Shown: piece after piece, positions 7,124 to 10,362 of the stretch
Layout: every line of letters starts with the position of its first letter
How positions within the stretch are numbered: the first letter of the stretch is position 1
NCBI GenBank assembly: GCA_964607485.1
Contig: CAZSKP010000035.1
Location: 12,278-22,639, forward strand
Origin: an uncultured bacterium
Lineage (GTDB): Bacteria; Abyssobacteria; SURF-5
Direction of reading: 5' to 3'
Length of the DNA: 10,362 nt
The notes under the pieces: generated by a model
What the model was told of the DNA's origin: nothing
What the model saw: the letters and a program-made list of their open reading frames with translations, nothing else
Database searches by the model: none
Position numbers and translations under genes: made by a program

Positions 7124-7151
7124 AGTATACCATATTTCCCATCCTTGACAA
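7124..7151 (-). promoter_or_regulatory. sigma70-type promoter with extended -10 for the HAD gene
   Basis: On the minus strand, TTGTCA (7151..7146), 16 bp spacer, TATACT (7129..7124), with a TG-n extension (TGGTATACT). Confidence 0.65.
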
Positions 7152-7174
7152 ATTCCTCCGGAGCTCTCTATAAT
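7145..7174 (+). promoter_or_regulatory. Consensus sigma70 promoter for the ETF-QO transcript
   Basis: TTGACA (7145..7150), 18 bp spacer, TATAAT (7169..7174). Both hexamers are perfect consensus. Confidence 0.85.
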
Positions 7175-7180
7175 AAAAGG

Positions 7181-7454
7181 GGTTTACCGGGTGGCGCTCC
7201 ACGCTGTTCCATTCACCCCTGTCGTCGCTTTCGGAATGGCGGGCGTCGCCAGCGTGAAACTCCGTCTGGTCAATAGGTTGGGAGTTTCCGTCGCTAGAGG
7301 CTTTTCGGTATGAACGTATCGCCCGAGGGGTGAAATTACTGTCAGATGTCCGCAGGAGCATCACCCCGACAGTCCGCCGTTCTGTTCAGCGGACTATCAG
7401 CAACGGGCGGTATACGGTCGTTCCACAATGAAGGCAGCTTACAGGAGATAAGCT
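7181..7454 (+). promoter_or_regulatory. Long structured 5' leader (candidate cis-regulatory RNA or sRNA)
   Basis: About 275 nt lie between the predicted start of transcription and the ATG. Helices: 7212..7220/7326..7334, 7256..7263/7281..7288, 7338..7343/7368..7373 and 7371..7377/7389..7395. The SD sequence AGGAG sits in the loop of an AGCTTA/TAAGCT hairpin. Confidence 0.4.
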
Positions 7455-9164
7455 ATGGATGTCGAACGCGAAACCATGGAAGTTGATGTGTTATTCGTCG
7501 GTGGAGGCCCGGCAAACCTCGCCGCCGCGCTTCACCTTAAGCGACTCATCGACAAGCATAACGAGGAAGTGGAGAGCGGGAAAAAGCAGGGCGAGAAATT
7601 CAGCGACGAGCTGATGATCGCGCTCATCGAGAAGGCGCAGGAGGTTGGACTCCACGGGCTCTCCGGGGCGGTCGTCGACAAGAAGACCATATTCGAGCTG
7701 TTCCCCGATTTCGACGACAGCTGCGGCGCCGTCGAGTGCAAGGTCGAATCCGAAGACGTGGTCATGCTCACCAAGACCGGAAAGATAAAGGCCCCCATCA
7801 CTCCTCCCCCACTGAACAATCATGGTTTTTACACCGTCTCCCTGGCCAAATTCACCAAGTGGATGGGAGAACAGGTCGAGGCGGCAGGCGTGGACATGTT
7901 CGCCGGGTTTCCGGGCGTGGAGCTCCTGTACGAGGACAACAAGGTCGTCGGAGTCAGGACCGGCGACAAGGGCCTGGACCAGCAGGGCAACCCGAAATCG
8001 AACTTCGAGCCCGGCTACGACCTCCTCGCGAAAGTGGTCGTGCTCGGCGAAGGGCCTCGCGGGTTCCTGGCAAAACAGTTGATTGAAAAATTCGGCCTCG
8101 CGAAGGGACGCAGCCCGCAGACGTACGTGACGGGAGTGAAGGAAGTGTGGCAACTGGCCGAGGGCAAGCTCAAGCCCGGCCACGTCATACACTCGCTCGG
8201 TTATCCCCACGACACCAAGACATACGGCGGCGGATTCATCTACAGCATGAAGGACAACATGGCCTCTATCGGGTTGCTGACCGGCCTCGACGCGCGCGAC
8301 CCGCAGGTGGACCCGCACAGATATTTCCAAATGTTCAAGATGCACCCGATGGTAAAAGACCTTCTCCAAGGCGCCAAGATAATGCAGTACGGAGCCAAGA
8401 CGGTTCCCGTCGGCGGCTGGTACTCGGTGCCGAAGCTGGCCGTGAATGGATGCGTGCTCGTCGGCGACTCGGCCGCCCTTTTCAACCCGATGAAGATCAA
8501 GGGCGTTCACCTGGCCATGAAGTCGGGCATGCTCGCGGCGGAGACGATCTTCGAGGCGCTTCAGAAGAACGACTTCTCCGAAGCGCAGCTCGCGAAATAC
8601 GAAACGGCCGTCAAGAACAGCTACATCAAGCAGGACATGTGGAAAGCCCGCAATTTCCATCAGGGATTCCACAACGGGCGCTACGCCGGCCTGTTCAACG
8701 CGGCCATCCAGTACCTGACGAACGGACGCGGGCTGAAAGACCCGATGCCGACGGAGGAAGACCACAAGGCAACGGTCTCCGTCGTGGACTACTACAAGGG
8801 TCAGAACCCCGAAGAAGTGAACAAGGTGACCTTCGACGGCGAGCTCACGTTCGACAAACTGACCGACGTGTACCACTCGGGCACCGTCCACGAAGAGCAG
8901 CAGCCGTGCCACTGCCAGCTCGTCAACCCCGACTACTGCAACAACGAGGAAAGCTGCAAGAAGAAATACAACCGCTCTTGCGTGAAATTCTGCCCCGCGT
9001 TCGTCTATGAAGAGGAAGAGGACGAGGCGACCGGAAAGACCCGCCTGAAGCTCAACCCCTCGAACTGCCTGCACTGCAAGACGTGCGACATCAAGTGCCC
9101 GTACAATAACATCAGGTGGACACCACCCGAGGGCGGCGGCGGTCCGAAGTATTCGCTCGTGTGA
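7455..9164 (+). CDS. Electron transfer flavoprotein:quinone oxidoreductase (FixC-FixX-like, FAD + Fe-S)
   Basis: 569 aa. N-terminal 'ERETMEVDVLFVGGGPA' Rossmann motif, plus LSGAV, GVKEVW, GGGFIY and KIKGVHLAMKSG. C-terminal CPA...CLHCKTC and the WTPPEGGGGPKY tail. AGGAG RBS. Confidence 0.95.
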   Translation: MDVERETMEVDVLFVGGGPANLAAALHLKRLIDKHNEEVESGKKQGEKFSDELMIALIEKAQEVGLHGLSGAVVDKKTIFELFPDFDDSCGAVECKVESEDVVMLTKTGKIKAPITPPPLNNHGFYTVSLAKFTKWMGEQVEAAGVDMFAGFPGVELLYEDNKVVGVRTGDKGLDQQGNPKSNFEPGYDLLAKVVVLGEGPRGFLAKQLIEKFGLAKGRSPQTYVTGVKEVWQLAEGKLKPGHVIHSLGYPHDTKTYGGGFIYSMKDNMASIGLLTGLDARDPQVDPHRYFQMFKMHPMVKDLLQGAKIMQYGAKTVPVGGWYSVPKLAVNGCVLVGDSAALFNPMKIKGVHLAMKSGMLAAETIFEALQKNDFSEAQLAKYETAVKNSYIKQDMWKARNFHQGFHNGRYAGLFNAAIQYLTNGRGLKDPMPTEEDHKATVSVVDYYKGQNPEEVNKVTFDGELTFDKLTDVYHSGTVHEEQQPCHCQLVNPDYCNNEESCKKKYNRSCVKFCPAFVYEEEEDEATGKTRLKLNPSNCLHCKTCDIKCPYNNIRWTPPEGGGGPKYSLV

Positions 9165-9185
9165 GCAAGGAGTGAACGAAAGTCG

Positions 9186-9221
9186 AAAATCTCCTGCGGG
9201 TCTTCCTGCAGGAGATTTTTT
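9186..9221. terminator. Bidirectional rho-independent terminator between convergent genes
   Basis: AAAATCTCCTGCGGG-TCTT-CCTGCAGGAGATTTTTT, a long stem flanked by A and T tracts, lying between the stop codons at 9164 and 9238. Confidence 0.9.
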
Positions 9222-9237
9222 CCGCTTACTGTGGGGG

Positions 9238-10362
9238 TCAAGCTTCGCGTCTTTGCGGGCGTATGGCAGGCTGCTTGAAGTCTTCTTTTCGAAGGTTGTA
9301 CCTTTTCATTAGCTTGTGCAGTTGGCGGGAGCTGATGCCGGCGGCCCTGGCGGTGGCGTCGATTCGGCCCTTGTTCGCTTTGAGCAGTTCACTCAAGTAG
9401 GAGAGCTCCAGCCCCCTGACGGCGTTCTCTCTCATCTGGGCCAGCGTAAGCGAGGTGTCCACGCTCATCGCGGGCACGCCCGTCTCCCCGGAGAAGAGCT
9501 CGCTCGGGAATCCCTCCGGCGTGAGAATCGAGGACGTTTCCAGTATGTAGGCGCGCTCCATGAGATTTTCCATCTCGCGGATGTTGCCCGGCCACGAATA
9601 GCTCTCAAAAGCTTTCATCACGTCCGGATGCACGTCCTCAATTTCCTTCGAATGAAACCTGTTGAGATTCTTGAGGAGAGTCTCGGCGAGAATCGGGATG
9701 TCCTCTTTCCGCTCCCGCAGCGGCGGAATCTCGATGGGAAACACGTTCAGGCGATAGAACAGGTCCTTCCTGAACTGGCCTTCATCGGACATCTGCTTCA
9801 GTTCCATGTTGGTCGCCGCGATGATTCTCACGTCGGCATGGATGTCTTCCTCGCCGCCTACGTGTTGGAATATCCCGTCCTGAACTATCTGGAGAAGTTT
9901 TATCTGTGCGGAAGGCGTAATCGTCGCGACCTCGTCCAGAAAGATGGTCCCTCCTTTCGCGATCTCGAACTTGCCCAGCTTGCGCCGCACAGCCCCCGTG
10001 AACGCGCCCTTCTCGTGTCCGAACAGTTCGCTTTCCAAAAGCGTGTCGGGAATCGCCCCGCAATGAACGCTGATGAAACTCGCGTCCTTGCGGCTGCTGT
10101 GCCTGTGAATCAGTTTCGCCAACACACCCTTGCCCGTGCCCGTCTCGCCTATCAGCAGAACGGTGCTCTTCGTCGGCGCCACCGATTGTATCTTGTCGAA
10201 GACCTCCCTCATCAAGGGACTTTTTGTGTGGACGATTTCAAGCGAGTCGGCCTGCCAGAAACTGCTGCGGAGATACTCGAGTTCAGATTGTATGAGCGTC
10301 AATTCATGAATGCTGTCGACCACATATTTCGCCTCATCCGGGTTGATGGGATAGGTGAGATA
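9238..10362 (-). CDS. sigma54-dependent Fis/NtrC-family transcriptional regulator (5' end outside the window)
   Basis: Walker [23 protein letters not shown], Walker [24 protein letters not shown] and a C-terminal Fis-type HTH. The frame stays open to the window edge ([14 protein letters not shown], the end of a receiver domain), so the GTG at 10323 is not the true start. Confidence 0.95.
   Translation of the reverse strand, partial: YLTYPINPDEAKYVVDSIHELTLIQSELEYLRSSFWQADSLEIVHTKSPLMREVFDKIQSVAPTKSTVLLIGETGTGKGVLAKLIHRHSSRKDASFISVHCGAIPDTLLESELFGHEKGAFTGAVRRKLGKFEIAKGGTIFLDEVATITPSAQIKLLQIVQDGIFQHVGGEEDIHADVRIIAATNMELKQMSDEGQFRKDLFYRLNVFPIEIPPLRERKEDIPILAETLLKNLNRFHSKEIEDVHPDVMKAFESYSWPGNIREMENLMERAYILETSSILTPEGFPSELFSGETGVPAMSVDTSLTLAQMRENAVRGLELSYLSELLKANKGRIDATARAAGISSRQLHKLMKRYNLRKEDFKQPAIRPQRREA

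Noticed and set aside
7065-7364. N-terminal 100-aa extension of the HAD ORF in the ORF track
   Set aside because: It overlaps both promoters and the ETF-QO leader, and HAD motif I sits right after the ATG at 7064.
7327-7376. FMN riboswitch (GGGGTGAAATT, CAGAT, CCGAC, AGTCCG occur in order upstream of a flavoprotein gene)
   Set aside because: The spacing is far too compressed, and the P2 3' strand, P3/P4 and the terminal GGATGGGAG are missing. An Rfam search would settle it.
7491-9074. 527-aa antisense ORF and other alternative-frame ORFs over ETF-QO
   Set aside because: Shadow ORFs expected from GC-rich codon bias, with no recognisable motifs.

Overview
Bacterial chromosomal window with five protein-coding genes: a secreted LolA/DUF2092-like protein (154..894, -), a 1618-aa thioester protein of the alpha-2-macroglobulin/complement family (1358..6214, -), a HAD-like hydrolase (6390..7064, -), an ETF:quinone oxidoreductase (7455..9164, +) and a 5'-truncated sigma54-dependent NtrC-type regulator (9238..>10362, -). 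The thioester protein is the most unusual gene. Its motifs resemble animal TEP/C3 proteins, including a C3-like His-x-Glu 112 residues after GCFEQ, and it has a GspG/T2SSG pseudopilin-like domain inserted next to the bait region, where C3 has its anaphylatoxin. A diverged copy of part of its 3' end reappears at 1..42, differing only at third codon positions. Between the two copies, the LolA-like gene sits inside several nested inverted half-repeats, suggesting serial insertion into palindromic repeats. The HAD and ETF-QO genes have back-to-back sigma70 promoters with overlapping -35 boxes, and the ETF-QO gene has a ~275-nt leader with mutually exclusive helices. All calls come from reading the sequence by eye; no searches were run.
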